Positions 1 to 10,169 are shown, numbered from the stretch's first letter. The stretch: 64,000 nucleotides of DNA from a virus (IMGVR_UViG_3300033074_001354:1-64000), one strand, 5' to 3'. Notes: generated by a model not told the origin, from the letters alone. A program made the numbers and translations.

Positions 1-1030
1 CTAGAACTCGAAGATGAAGAACTTCTAGATGAACTTGATGAAGAACTAGAACTTCTCGAAGAACTAGACGACGAACTAGAGCTCGATGAACTCGAGCTCC
101 TAGAAGAACTAGATGATGAACTGGAACTTCTAGAAGAACTAGATGAAGAACTCGAAGATGAAGAGCTTCTAGATGAACTAGATGAAGAGCTCGAACTAGA
201 TGAGCTCGAACTTCTAGATGAGCTAGATGAAGAGCTCGAACTCGAAGATGATGAACTCCTAGATGAGCTAGATGAAGAACTCGATCTTGAGCTGGAAGAA
301 GAACTTATTTGAGAACTCCTAGAAGAACTCGAAGATGAAGAACTTCTAGATGAGCTAGATGAAGAGCTCGAACTTCTAGATGAACTAGATGAAGAACTAG
401 AACTTCTCGAAGAACTAGATGATGAACTCGAACTTCTCGAAGAACTAGACGATGAGCTCGAACTCCTAGAAGAACTAGATGAAGAACTCGAACTCGAAGA
501 TGAAGAACTTCTAGATGAACTAGAAGAACTAGAAGAACTAGAAGATGAAGAACTCCTAGATGAGCTAGAAGAACTAGATGAACTAGATGAGCTAGAGCTT
601 CTGGAAGAGCTAGATGAACTAGATGATGAACTGGAACTTCTAGAAGAGCTAGATGATGAACTCGAACTTCTAGAAGAACTGGATGATGAGCTAGAACTAG
701 AAGATGAAGAACTTCTAGAAGAACTGGATGAAGAACTGGAGCTCCTAGATGAGCTCGATGAAGAACTCGAACTTCTAGAAGAGCTAGAAGATGAACTTGA
801 ACTTCTCGAAGAACTAGACGACGAACTAGAACTCGAAGATGATGAACTCCTAGATGAGCTCGATGAAGAACTGGAGCTTCTAGAAGAACTAGAAGAACTC
901 GATGAACTAGAAGATGAAGAACTCCTAGATGAACTTGATGAAGAACTCGATGAGCTCGAACTTCTAGAAGAACTCGACGACGAGCTAGAGCTGGAAGATG
1001 AGGAACTTCTGGAAGAACTGGAGGAAGAGC
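1..1030 (-). repeat. Low-complexity coding repeat: poly-Ser with periodic Arg
   Basis: The minus frame is almost only TCN/AGY Ser codons, with AGA/AGG roughly every 8-14 codons and one Gln-Ile interruption near 306-311. Confidence 0.95.
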
Positions 1031-1688
1031 CAGAAGGTACCCTGCCGCTATAGTCCGTAGTGCTTACCCCATGCACGTCACCAGCAAATGATTGGCTATC
1101 AACAATTGTTGATGTAAACCCAGTTCTTTGATAGAATTTATCTGAGTTTACTGTCATATTAGCTATGCCAGTAGAATCCCACGTTACATCATAATTACCA
1201 TCATTTATTCCTGTGCCAGTTATACTATCTTTAACTGTCGTGGTAACTTTTCCTGAAATCTTCTTTAATTTAACTGGTACATTTTGTCTGCTTGTGTATG
1301 TATCTACATCAGTAACTACTATCCCACCAGCAACTCCTGAATGCGTTGCACTATCTATGATAGTTGTGGAGATTTTGCCTTGATACACAAATAGTTTAAT
1401 ATTGTACCCGCAAGCATAGGAGTTATCATTATCAGTGCTAACTCCCCATATGTATATAGGCTGACCAGTTATACTATCTTTAATAGTACTAGTCAGTACT
1501 CCAGAGGCATATGCTATCTTGCCATTAAAAGGATTAGATAGCATTACATTTGTGCCATCACAAGAAAGACCATAAATATATCCAGAACTAAGATATGCTT
1601 GTGAGTCTTTGATCGTGGATGTTATTATTCCACTATATAATCTGACTTTTCTATCGCCATAGCCATATGTTATTAACGTATCTGCCAT
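1..1688 (-). CDS. Serine-rich repeat protein (N-terminal ~215-aa five-repeat beta domain followed by poly-Ser/Arg tract); runs off the window edge
   Basis: Absent from the ORF track because it has no stop in the window. Manual translation from ATG at 1688 gives MADTLITYGYGDRKVRLYSGIITSTIKDS...GRVPSGSSSSSSRSSSS..., open to position 1. The ATG follows the stop of the 1692..2327 gene. Confidence 0.9.
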   Translation of the reverse strand, partial: MADTLITYGYGDRKVRLYSGIITSTIKDSQAYLSSGYIYGLSCDGTNVMLSNPFNGKIAYASGVLTSTIKDSITGQPIYIWGVSTDNDNSYACGYNIKLFVYQGKISTTIIDSATHSGVAGGIVVTDVDTYTSRQNVPVKLKKISGKVTTTVKDSITGTGINDGNYDVTWDSTGIANMTVNSDKFYQRTGFTSTIVDSQSFAGDVHGVSTTDYSGRVPSGSSSSSSRSSSSSSSSSSSSSSRSSSSSSSSSSSSRSSSSSSSSSSSSSSRSSSSSSSSSRSSSSSSSSSSSSSSRSSSSSSSSSRSSSSSSSSSRSSSSSSSSSRSSSSSSSSSSSSSSRSSSSSSSSSRSSSSSSSSSSSSRSSSSSSSSSSSSSSRSSSSSSSSSSSSSSRSSSSSSSSSSSSSSRSSSSSSSSSRSSSSSSSSSRSSSSSSSSSRSSSSSSSSSRSSSSSSSSRSSQISSSSSSRSSSSSSSSRSSSSSSSSSSSSSSRSSSSSSSSSSSSSSRSSSSSSSSSSSSRSSSSSSSSSRSSSSSSSSSSSSSSRSSSSSSSSSRSSSSSSS

Positions 1689-1691
1689 TGC

Positions 1692-2327
1692 TTACTGCCT
1701 CAAATCTTCAAAAGCATTACCAATCTCATTTATCTCCAATTCATGAAAATGCAGACAAGGATAATCAAAATGCGTATAAACTTTAAACCCTTTGTCTTTT
1801 GCCTTTCTACAAAATTCATAGTCATGCCCTTTTACAGCAATGCCGTTTTCATCCCATTTTCTAAAGAATAATGGTTTGTCCATTTGTTGTAACACTCTTC
1901 TTGAAAGAACCATACATCCTGATCCTATAGCATCAACTTCCTTCAATCCTCCTGCTACAACTACGGGCTTCCATCCATCGTGTTCTTTATCTTCATTTAG
2001 AGCATTAAAATATATTGGATAATCCCCTTTCTTCATATTGGCCCAGACTGGGGTTGGGCAACCAACTATGTCTAAATCTAAAAATACCAAATCTATGATG
2101 TTATTCACAGGAGGGTTATCATCATCAAATGATATCCAAAAATCATACTCATTTTCTAAAACATGTTTAACCATTTCATTTAATCCACTAACATATGGAT
2201 TTCTTGTTGGCAGCAAGTATTTAGAGTCTACCCTTTGATCTTTCAATAATCTGACTAAAGAAAAAATACAAGATTTATGAATCCAACTTTGGTTCATTAT
2301 TGTTATCAAAACTTTTGGCCTATTCAT
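1692..2327 (-). CDS. GT-A fold (GT2-like) glycosyltransferase
   Basis: DFWISFDDD (DxD-like), VDAIGSGCMVLSRRVL, GHDYEFC...KGFKVY: the typical short GT2 signature. Confidence 0.8.
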   Translation of the reverse strand: MNRPKVLITIMNQSWIHKSCIFSLVRLLKDQRVDSKYLLPTRNPYVSGLNEMVKHVLENEYDFWISFDDDNPPVNNIIDLVFLDLDIVGCPTPVWANMKKGDYPIYFNALNEDKEHDGWKPVVVAGGLKEVDAIGSGCMVLSRRVLQQMDKPLFFRKWDENGIAVKGHDYEFCRKAKDKGFKVYTHFDYPCLHFHELEINEIGNAFEDLRQ

Positions 2328-2907
2328 TTGGTGTTACACCATCACTAAGGTTTTGTTTAATTTTCAGCCCTAGAGATGCTTTTCTATCTAGCCACCTTTT
2401 TCTTTTATTTTTTCTAATTCCAAGTACATCATTAGACGGATCTAAAGCTATCTTCTCTCTTTCTGTCAATCCTGGTTTATATTTTATTTCTGTTTTTTCT
2501 TGTTGTGACAATAATGAATTAAGCTGAAGTCGTTTTATAATACCATCGACAACTTGATTGTCAATAACTTCATCTGGTTCATCCATTGTCACTCGGCCTT
2601 CATAAAATTCTTTGTATTCCAATTCTGTCATTATTGTAACATCATCTGGGAATAGTGATGCTGATGCTACAGCAAAGTCTTCTGGCACACATGTCACACA
2701 AGTTCCAAATTCATCGCCCTTGCCTATATTATTGACTTTGTCATATTCCCAGCCAATGCCTTCTACGTCTATGTACACTGACCATGGCAAGCCTTTTCTT
2801 ATAGCATGATCTATTAGATTAAAATTAGGATATATTGCTTGCTTTTGTCCATCTACAACTCCTCTTTTTATTCTGACACGAATGGGAACCAGTTCTTTCC
2901 TAGCCAT
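2320..2907 (-). CDS. Hypothetical protein
   Basis: 195-aa ORF overlapping both neighbours by 8 nt, with AGGAG RBS. Confidence 0.7.
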   Translation of the reverse strand: MARKELVPIRVRIKRGVVDGQKQAIYPNFNLIDHAIRKGLPWSVYIDVEGIGWEYDKVNNIGKGDEFGTCVTCVPEDFAVASASLFPDDVTIMTELEYKEFYEGRVTMDEPDEVIDNQVVDGIIKRLQLNSLLSQQEKTEIKYKPGLTEREKIALDPSNDVLGIRKNKRKRWLDRKASLGLKIKQNLSDGVTPNE

Positions 2908-3475
2908 TGTATTTCTCCTTGTCTAAAAAATCAATTAATTTTTGCTTAGCTAATCCAATAATATGATCATCAATAGATATCTCAACGTAAGGGTATCCTT
3001 TAAGAATTATATTTTTTTCTATAGCCTCAATTCTATTCATTGCCAATTGATGGGCATAGTCATATGTCCAATTATACCATTTAATCATGCTTTGTGCTAT
3101 ATCTTCAGCCTTCCTTGTGCAATAGACAAACTTTGGTTGTCTAAAGTATAATAAAAATTCATTTAAAAGATCTACTACCCTAGGATCTTTAAACCCCCAA
3201 GGTTTATTCAATGCTCTTTGATGTATGATAAATTTTTCAAACTCTTTTTTTACAGTGTATAGAGGGAGACCTTTTATTGCGCATTCATTAAACGTATCTC
3301 TCAAGACTTTATCTTCATAAAAACCATCAGGATTGGAATCATCTGGTGTAACGAACTCTCTTCCCATGGAGATTCCAAGCTCTTCGTGCAAAATTTTCGC
3401 AGTAGAGCTCGTACCACTCCTACCTGTCCCCACAACTATTATAGGCTCATAAAAACATGACTTTGAATACTGCAA
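2900..3475 (-). CDS. Sulfotransferase family protein
   Basis: PAPS-binding loop IIVVGTGRSGTSS, NPDGFYED, PWGFKDPR, then R...DIAQSM. Confidence 0.85.
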   Translation of the reverse strand: MQYSKSCFYEPIIVVGTGRSGTSSTAKILHEELGISMGREFVTPDDSNPDGFYEDKVLRDTFNECAIKGLPLYTVKKEFEKFIIHQRALNKPWGFKDPRVVDLLNEFLLYFRQPKFVYCTRKAEDIAQSMIKWYNWTYDYAHQLAMNRIEAIEKNIILKGYPYVEISIDDHIIGLAKQKLIDFLDKEKYNG

Positions 3476-3489
3476 AATACTGTCCCATT

Positions 3490-3529
3490 AAACAAAGGTA
3501 CCGAAGGGTGTTCACCACTTCGGTACCTT
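3490..3529 (-). terminator. Rho-independent terminator
   Basis: Perfect 12-bp inverted repeat AAGGTACCGAAG/CTTCGGTACCTT running into TTTGTTT on the minus strand, just downstream of 3555..3911. Confidence 0.75.
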
Positions 3530-3554
3530 ATTGTGAATAAAATTCAAATCATCT

Positions 3555-3911
3555 TTACAGACAAACCCAACCCAAATTGCAAGCTGAGTATTTAATCTCT
3601 GGTGAATCACCAATATTACATTTGTACTCACCATTTGGGTCTAAGCTACTAAAATACGCAATAGTGCTATCAATATTAGCAATAGCAATATCATTCTGTT
3701 GTTTATAGTATTCATGAACACCAGGATTTGCGTTCATAGAAACTTTAATATCACGTTGCTTCGTCAACACGCAAATACTTTCTGCTGGTGATTGTTTCTT
3801 AGCCATGCCTAAATGCATGGCAAAAGCTTGAGTTGAAAAAGTCAAGACTACAAGAACAACTGCCACAACTAACTTACTGATTTTCATTACATCCTCCTTG
3901 TTTTGATACAA
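3555..3911 (-). CDS. Secreted hypothetical protein
   Basis: Signal peptide MKISKLVVAVVLVVLTFSTQAFA; the likely start is this internal Met, after the AAGGAGG RBS. Confidence 0.7.
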   Translation of the reverse strand: MYQNKEDVMKISKLVVAVVLVVLTFSTQAFAMHLGMAKKQSPAESICVLTKQRDIKVSMNANPGVHEYYKQQNDIAIANIDSTIAYFSSLDPNGEYKCNIGDSPEIKYSACNLGWVCL

Positions 3912-3965
3912 TTAATCTCATATTAACACTATTTGTTCTAAAACTATTTATAAAGCATGACTGAC

Positions 3966-4919
3966 TTATTTTGCCCACCAATCCTCCAATACACTGATGT
4001 CCTTGGTCTCATGGTATGACTTTATTATGTTATACTCACCTCCCATGTATCTACTATCAAAATATTCAAGTGGTGGAGGAGGCAATTTCTTATCTCGCCC
4101 ATACTTGTAAGCGTAATTGTGCTCCCCGTGTACATGTCGTAACCCTATGAGCTCATAAAATGAGCCATATCCTGGCAAATGCATTTGATCATTACACGAA
4201 GGCTCGCATTCTGCTAACTTAAATCCAAGATCTTTGATGGCTCTAGAGAATCTACCCTCGGCATTGCCAAATTCTTGTGTATATTTCTCATAGTTTTCAA
4301 ATGGTATAAAATGCTTTTCCATATGATCCATAATCTTTAATAAGCATTCTCTCTTTGCGACAAAGCATGTTGCTACAGAACGACTATCTCGGTAGTAGGA
4401 TATGATGTCTGCATCTCCCATCTTTTCCATAAGTAGCGGGAACCCCTCTGGCTTTTCTATAACAAAATCTCCATTGATGCAATAAATATATTCAAACTGT
4501 TGCATTACCATAGTTCCCCACTTCATAAGCCAAAACCATGGGTACAACACTCCACCCCAAGTCTGATGATGAGGAACCAGCAATAGATCTACGTTGTACA
4601 GAACATCATTTGCTGGCATAATATCATTCATAGTCAAATTAGGGTTGCAAGGATTCAAATGATTGTCATAGGCCAACGTAATCCACATATTGAGCTTCTT
4701 ATGAGATTCTATGCTGGCTTTTAAATATGCCCGATTACCAGGGTGAGATGTCATCAAGCATCCAATTTTAGAATTGATAGCCATATTCGCCCATGTGTCA
4801 TTAGCCATTTTTGCCTCTAAAGACATCTTCCTTAATGCTAAATCTTTTTCCCATTCTTCATCTGACAGCAATAAGTCTCTACCTGTTCTCTCTAGATCTG
4901 CTCGAGTCATACTCATCAT
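3966..4919 (-). CDS. Putative GT-A fold glycosyltransferase
   Basis: FEYIYCINGDFVI (degenerate DxD region), N-terminal IGCLMTSHP strand, location within the glycan cluster. Confidence 0.5.
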   Translation of the reverse strand: MMSMTRADLERTGRDLLLSDEEWEKDLALRKMSLEAKMANDTWANMAINSKIGCLMTSHPGNRAYLKASIESHKKLNMWITLAYDNHLNPCNPNLTMNDIMPANDVLYNVDLLLVPHHQTWGGVLYPWFWLMKWGTMVMQQFEYIYCINGDFVIEKPEGFPLLMEKMGDADIISYYRDSRSVATCFVAKRECLLKIMDHMEKHFIPFENYEKYTQEFGNAEGRFSRAIKDLGFKLAECEPSCNDQMHLPGYGSFYELIGLRHVHGEHNYAYKYGRDKKLPPPPLEYFDSRYMGGEYNIIKSYHETKDISVLEDWWAK

Positions 4920-5572
4920 TCGCCTATTCTTTTAGTTCCTATTCTAGTTGGACTTGCTCTATCACCTTTGCCTTTTTCTATTACACATACAGAAGGGTAG
5001 AAGTGTATGCCTATAGCTTCCATACAAAAAGTAGAAAATGGTGCTTCCGACCATGACCACTGGTTTAATAAATCTATCAAATCTTTGCTGAACTCTATGA
5101 ACGTTCCATCTCGTTTAAGACCACCATCATGGCTAGCATAGTAAGACGCATGCAAATCTTCTACTATGTATATGCCATCTTTTGACACATGTGGAAATAG
5201 AGAATTGAAAGATGCAATTTGATCCTTGCCATAATGACTGCCATCGTCCAGTATGATATCAACCTTTGGGTAAGTAGCCTTGAAATCTTCTAGTGCAACG
5301 ATATCATCTTGCAAGCATTGGTACGTTTGTATGCCCACCTGATCAAAATATGGAGTATAGTCATTCTTGTCAACACCCACAATTAAAGAATTGTCACCAA
5401 AGTATTTCTTCCATAGCTCCAGAGATCCACCATGATCTATTCCAATTTCCACCATTACAACATCTTTACCACGATATCTTGAGAATAACTTATCATATAT
5501 CTCCAAATAAGATGGAGCTTTATGAATATATCTGCCAGTGTTTTCTTGAAATAATTTTAATAGATCATTCAT
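4916..5572 (-). CDS. SAM-dependent (sugar O-) methyltransferase
   Basis: VMVEIGIDHGGSLELWKKYF, IVGVD, DIILDDGSH, GIYIVEDL. Confidence 0.85.
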   Translation of the reverse strand: MNDLLKLFQENTGRYIHKAPSYLEIYDKLFSRYRGKDVVMVEIGIDHGGSLELWKKYFGDNSLIVGVDKNDYTPYFDQVGIQTYQCLQDDIVALEDFKATYPKVDIILDDGSHYGKDQIASFNSLFPHVSKDGIYIVEDLHASYYASHDGGLKRDGTFIEFSKDLIDLLNQWSWSEAPFSTFCMEAIGIHFYPSVCVIEKGKGDRASPTRIGTKRIGE

Positions 5573-6146
5573 GGCATAGCTTCCGTATTAGCACTGTCAT
5601 TGAAGGAAACAAATCGTATGTGTAATGTACAAAGTTATCATTAATAAAATGGTTGAAAACTAATATAGCACGAATAGGTGTCTTTGAGTATTTAATCATC
5701 CAATCTACACGATCTCTTTCTTCACTGCCACCTTCAAACAATATCATACATCTTTGTGATAGTTTTGGCAACCAAAGCTCAGCTAGTCTTAGTAATATGT
5801 CTCCTGTGTTGCTAATATCAATATGCATGAAATCAATGCTGCCATCATCGTAATCTTTCCACGATTCAAAAGCATTTCCTTGCTTAATGTTTACATGGTT
5901 GCCAAGGCCATTAGCCTCTAACATTCCCTTTACTTCATCCATGCTGCCATGCTTGTATTGATAATAGTCAAATAAATCAATAGCATCAAAAGCTATGCTA
6001 TAGGCACGTAGTTCGCGAACAGCTTGAGCAATGTGAAATGTACTATAGCCATTTAGTATGCCAATCTCAACTATACGATTTGGCCTCCAATTTAATACAT
6101 GCTGCTTGATCAATGGTCCATAATTATTTTGTTCATACGAGCTCAT
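5565..6146 (-). CDS. SAM-dependent methyltransferase (Methyltransf_24-like)
   Basis: IVEIGILNGYST, AIDLF, SIDFMHIDI. Confidence 0.8.
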   Translation of the reverse strand: MSSYEQNNYGPLIKQHVLNWRPNRIVEIGILNGYSTFHIAQAVRELRAYSIAFDAIDLFDYYQYKHGSMDEVKGMLEANGLGNHVNIKQGNAFESWKDYDDGSIDFMHIDISNTGDILLRLAELWLPKLSQRCMILFEGGSEERDRVDWMIKYSKTPIRAILVFNHFINDNFVHYTYDLFPSMTVLIRKLCHE

Positions 6147-8878
6147 TTAGTCAGTTCCTTTATCCAGTTCTCTGCACGAAATTCGCTATACGCCCTTTCT
6201 CGTGCAGCAGATCCTTTCTTACGAAGTTCTTCAATAGTGACATTTTTTACAATTTCTATATAATCAGATTTTTTGTTCACCAGCCAACCTGTCTCAGAAG
6301 TTATTCTATCTGCAGCTCCACCCCAATTATCAGCCATCGCTGGTATACCTGCAGCCATGCATTCTAATAAAACTCTTGGACCCATGTCCATGTACCCATG
6401 TGGCACAGAGTACCAAAATAAATTGCCAAGTGCTAAAAATTCAGGGATTGATGGATTATTTTTTGGATACTTAATAAATCTCTCACTAGCAGGAACAAAG
6501 GATGGCCCAGGCATCATATGTATCTGCAAATCATCCCGACAGTATAATACTCCATTGATCTCTAGAGGAGCACTAGCTTTATCAAATTTTGTATCTCCCT
6601 GAGAATTATGCCTGACTATATTAATCATTCTATCAAATTGTGGTGTCACAGCAAAAAACTCTGACAAATCTGTGCATGGCGTAAGAACTCTAGTTAACAC
6701 ACCTGGATGCACCGATAATAATTCCTTCTCTTGTCCAGAATTTAAAAATATGTACATATCCCAATTCATAGTCCAAGGAATAGTACCTATACCACCACGG
6801 CGATAGTTAACAGTCATGATGCGTCGTGATGCTTTTATGTTTGTAAATGCTTCTATCATCTTAGGCGTATCAAATTCCCACACATAATCATTCGCATAAA
6901 CCATCAACGTGTCACATGGCTCTCTCACTGTTGAATAATCCATCGTTACCTTAAGACCCTGCAATTCATCTTTAATGCATTGACGAAATTCCCTACTGCC
7001 AATAGAATTCCCCAACGGAATAAACTCTACATTATGTCCATCTCTAAGCAACATCTTCATCATCGTTGTTACGCTTCTGGCCTGGCCACCCCATCCGGTA
7101 GCATTTGTCGCTATCTTAATGAACTTTCCATTACGCGTAGAGACGCTTGGCGCTTTCTCCAATGTGTTTTCTTCAGGCGTAACGGAGCTTTTCCTTATCC
7201 ACAAATGACAACGATGACCGCCTTTGAATGGTCCATCAAACTTGCCAACAATATATTTATCCTGCCATTGCCTTTCAAACGGACGATTAGCATCATGCAC
7301 TATCACGATATTGCATTCTTCAGCAGCAATTTTTACTGCTTGCTCTCTGCTTTGCCCACCTGCTGGTCCGTCAACAAATGCTAAATCATACTTCATTGGG
7401 TCTTTAGGAAATTCCTTGCCATCCCACATGCGAATATCACAATCTTTGTTAAGGCTGAGTATCTTTTCTTTCCAAGCCTCTTTGTTCTCATATGTAGTGC
7501 ATCGGATATCTGTTCTTTCAGTGAACAATAGTGTTGATAATCCAGCACCAAATTCTAAGATTGATTTACACTTATGCTTATTTATAGTTGCTTCAATAAA
7601 TTTCCAATCATCTGATGTAAGTGATCCACCACCAAACGAAAGACCATACTTGGCAGCTTTATGTGATATATCATCAACCTTTTTTGGGTAAGACTTGTGC
7701 ACTAATGGAACTTTAGAAATGTTTTCTATCACAGGCTTAGGCGAAGGCTTATTCTTATCCAATCTTCCACCAATATAGTACATTTGTAACGCACGATGTA
7801 TATCTTCTGGCTCTATCATGTCTACGCACTTAGGCATTACTCCATCTTTTTCTTCTGCTGAGGGAGTTGGACCCAACACAACAGTATTGCCAGATGAGTT
7901 AACCAAATTAGTGCATCCTTCAATCGCACATTTCCAACACGCTTTAACAGCACAAGGGAGTGCCCCATCATTTGACAAATATCTGTGCCCATGATACTGA
8001 GTGAATGACACAGGCTCACGAGCGCCAGCTACTACAATGCAAGGTTTTCCTGGAAAACACCCAGTAAGATGCATATGAAAACTGACTAATCCTATAGAGC
8101 CTTCTGCGTTCAGAAATAGTTTAAACAAATCCCGTATGCCTGTCTCTTTAGATTGGGTTTGTCCGACCATGTCTATGATATTATCACCAATCAATTTTGG
8201 ATATTTGTCTTCGCGAGCTCCTATCTGCACAAATGTAATATCCGGGTTCATGTCAACAAACTTTTGCCATCTATCTATTGGATACATCTTGCATCCCCAG
8301 CCTTTTTCGCCACCGACACAAATAATCCAATAAGGTCGATCTATCAATCTAGGTGCATTGTACTCTTCTTCAAGAAACCAAATATCTCCCCATGAATTGC
8401 CCTGTGGAATTTGAACGCCTAAAGCATCTTCCATTGACATACGAAAAGCATTAGCAAAATGCCAATCCAATCTATTAGAAGAATTGGTTAACTTACTTGG
8501 TCCTATCTTAACAATATTCTCTGGCGAAGGAATCAGCGTACGATCTATGTATGGATTATGATCCCATATGTGCATTGCTGTTGACATAACATTAATGCGC
8601 ACATCAGGAAACGCCTTCTTAAAATCACGAATAGCACATGTGAACATAATGATATCGCCTAGTCGTTGGCGATTATGAAATACTATTTCTTTAGGCAGAT
8701 CAGTATGACCAATATAAGGAGCAACTCCGCACTCAATGGCTGCAGTATCTAGCATCATTTTAATACGCTGTTTGTCTTCGATTGGGCCATCTACATGCAC
8801 ATGACCATCCTTAGTCTGGGTGACCAGGGTATACTCTGTCACATTTGGATCTAGCGCAACTTTGTTAGCCATTACCAA
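6143..8878 (-). CDS. Multidomain protein: GT9 (heptosyltransferase-like) + methyltransferase + GT4-like glycosyltransferase
   Basis: GT9: RLGDIIMFTCAIRDFKK...HNPYID...KMYPIDRWQ...VSFHMHL. MTase: ILEFGAGLST, YDLAFVDGP, VIVHDANR. GT-B: GWGGQARS, DMGPRVLLECMAAGIP. Confidence 0.85.
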   Translation of the reverse strand: MVMANKVALDPNVTEYTLVTQTKDGHVHVDGPIEDKQRIKMMLDTAAIECGVAPYIGHTDLPKEIVFHNRQRLGDIIMFTCAIRDFKKAFPDVRINVMSTAMHIWDHNPYIDRTLIPSPENIVKIGPSKLTNSSNRLDWHFANAFRMSMEDALGVQIPQGNSWGDIWFLEEEYNAPRLIDRPYWIICVGGEKGWGCKMYPIDRWQKFVDMNPDITFVQIGAREDKYPKLIGDNIIDMVGQTQSKETGIRDLFKLFLNAEGSIGLVSFHMHLTGCFPGKPCIVVAGAREPVSFTQYHGHRYLSNDGALPCAVKACWKCAIEGCTNLVNSSGNTVVLGPTPSAEEKDGVMPKCVDMIEPEDIHRALQMYYIGGRLDKNKPSPKPVIENISKVPLVHKSYPKKVDDISHKAAKYGLSFGGGSLTSDDWKFIEATINKHKCKSILEFGAGLSTLLFTERTDIRCTTYENKEAWKEKILSLNKDCDIRMWDGKEFPKDPMKYDLAFVDGPAGGQSREQAVKIAAEECNIVIVHDANRPFERQWQDKYIVGKFDGPFKGGHRCHLWIRKSSVTPEENTLEKAPSVSTRNGKFIKIATNATGWGGQARSVTTMMKMLLRDGHNVEFIPLGNSIGSREFRQCIKDELQGLKVTMDYSTVREPCDTLMVYANDYVWEFDTPKMIEAFTNIKASRRIMTVNYRRGGIGTIPWTMNWDMYIFLNSGQEKELLSVHPGVLTRVLTPCTDLSEFFAVTPQFDRMINIVRHNSQGDTKFDKASAPLEINGVLYCRDDLQIHMMPGPSFVPASERFIKYPKNNPSIPEFLALGNLFWYSVPHGYMDMGPRVLLECMAAGIPAMADNWGGAADRITSETGWLVNKKSDYIEIVKNVTIEELRKKGSAARERAYSEFRAENWIKELTK

Positions 8879-9972
8879 CCTTTCTGTATAACTTTACAGA
8901 TGTAATTTGCATCTTTAACGGATACGTGATTTCCAATTGGTATGCTTATATACTTGTTCTCAATATCATTCATATTTGGCAAGTCTTGTCGTTTGCCTCC
9001 AAATATATCGTATATATCATTACGCAATTGAACCATATTGTTGTCTATGCCATGCCTAAATAATAATTTAGAAAACTTGTCTCTGTCCTCGACCAAAACA
9101 GTGGCTAACCAGTATGTATTAATGAATCCATCTATCAATTTAAGACCTGGTATTTTACGCAGTCTTTGTCGGTAAACATCAAACACTTTTCCACGATGTT
9201 CGATTACAAAATCATATTTATTCAAACCCACAATGCCCATGCTTGCTTGCACATCTGTCATTTGACGCTTGTACCCCATCATCTGAATATCAAACGTCAT
9301 TTGTCGTTTCTTATAGCACTGCCAATTATTTTTGATTTTCTTATCTCTATCTATACCAAACCATCGCATCAATTTGGCTTTACGATAATCTTCGGCAGTA
9401 GTAACATGTATCATACCACCATCTGCCGTGGTAATGTGCTTTATTGACTGGAAAGAATTGCACGTGTAGTCACCATCAAAAATTCCAAGAGCCTGACAAG
9501 CATCAGACACAATTGGAATATGACGATCACATAGATCAAAATCAGTAGCTAGTGAACGGATGCCACCCAAGTGCACTTGCACTATAGCCTTTGTCCTATC
9601 AGTAATCTTCCTCTTAATATCAACAGGATCTATGCATAATGTGGCAGGATCAATATCTGCCCATATCAACTTGGCGCCTCTGGCCAGGAGAGGCAAGTTT
9701 GTGGCTGTACAAGTAAGAGGAGTTGTTATGACTTCATCACCGGGCTTTATCCCGATTAAGTCATATGCCGTTTCTAATGCAGAAGTGCCGGAGTTGAGAG
9801 ATACACAACGATGACGTCCTAGGCCAAACTGCTTTTCAAACAATTCTTCAAACAGCTCAACCTTGGGGCCTTGTCCAATCCAACGAGATCGAAGAGTATC
9901 TATCACTTCATCTTCAACCTCACGTGGCACGTAAGGGTGAAACATTAGCACTTTCAACTGCGAGCGAGACAT
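8872..9972 (-). CDS. DegT/DnrJ/EryC1/StrS sugar aminotransferase
   Basis: NSGTSALE, GDEVITTPLT, VSDACQA, SFQSIKHITTADGGM (PLP lysine). Confidence 0.92.
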   Translation of the reverse strand: MSRSQLKVLMFHPYVPREVEDEVIDTLRSRWIGQGPKVELFEELFEKQFGLGRHRCVSLNSGTSALETAYDLIGIKPGDEVITTPLTCTATNLPLLARGAKLIWADIDPATLCIDPVDIKRKITDRTKAIVQVHLGGIRSLATDFDLCDRHIPIVSDACQALGIFDGDYTCNSFQSIKHITTADGGMIHVTTAEDYRKAKLMRWFGIDRDKKIKNNWQCYKKRQMTFDIQMMGYKRQMTDVQASMGIVGLNKYDFVIEHRGKVFDVYRQRLRKIPGLKLIDGFINTYWLATVLVEDRDKFSKLLFRHGIDNNMVQLRNDIYDIFGGKRQDLPNMNDIENKYISIPIGNHVSVKDANYICKVIQKGW

Positions 9973-10169
9973 TAGCTGATATTGTATTTCAGATTCAGAT
10001 GATTCTGAATGATTTTTAATTCCTCAGCATGCGCAGAAATCATATCAACGTCTGGGAAATCTTTGAGAAGCAGAAGATGCTCCAACTTTCCTTCGTTGTC
10101 TATGGTTGTAAGTGTGATTTTGTAGCCTTTAACCGAATTGAGTTTGTCGAGCAGTTCTAATTGTTCCAT
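9972..10169 (-). CDS. Hypothetical protein
   Basis: 65-aa ORF with AAGGAG RBS; its stop overlaps the next start. Confidence 0.6.
   Translation of the reverse strand: MEQLELLDKLNSVKGYKITLTTIDNEGKLEHLLLLKDFPDVDMISAHAEELKIIQNHLNLKYNIS

Noticed and set aside
1-1030. Possible CRISPR array or satellite
   Set aside because: There is no fixed repeat with unique spacers; the variation is synonymous codon shuffling in one frame.
1-1052. Plus-strand Glu/Leu/Asp-rich reading frame (LELEDEELLDEL...)
   Set aside because: It is the antisense shadow of the poly-Ser codons, is interrupted by TGA at 310-312, and opposes the direction of all neighbouring genes.
3945-3952. T4 late promoter TATAAATA on the minus strand
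   Set aside because: I noticed only one intergenic copy and none before the capsid, portal or protease genes; it may be chance in AT-rich DNA.
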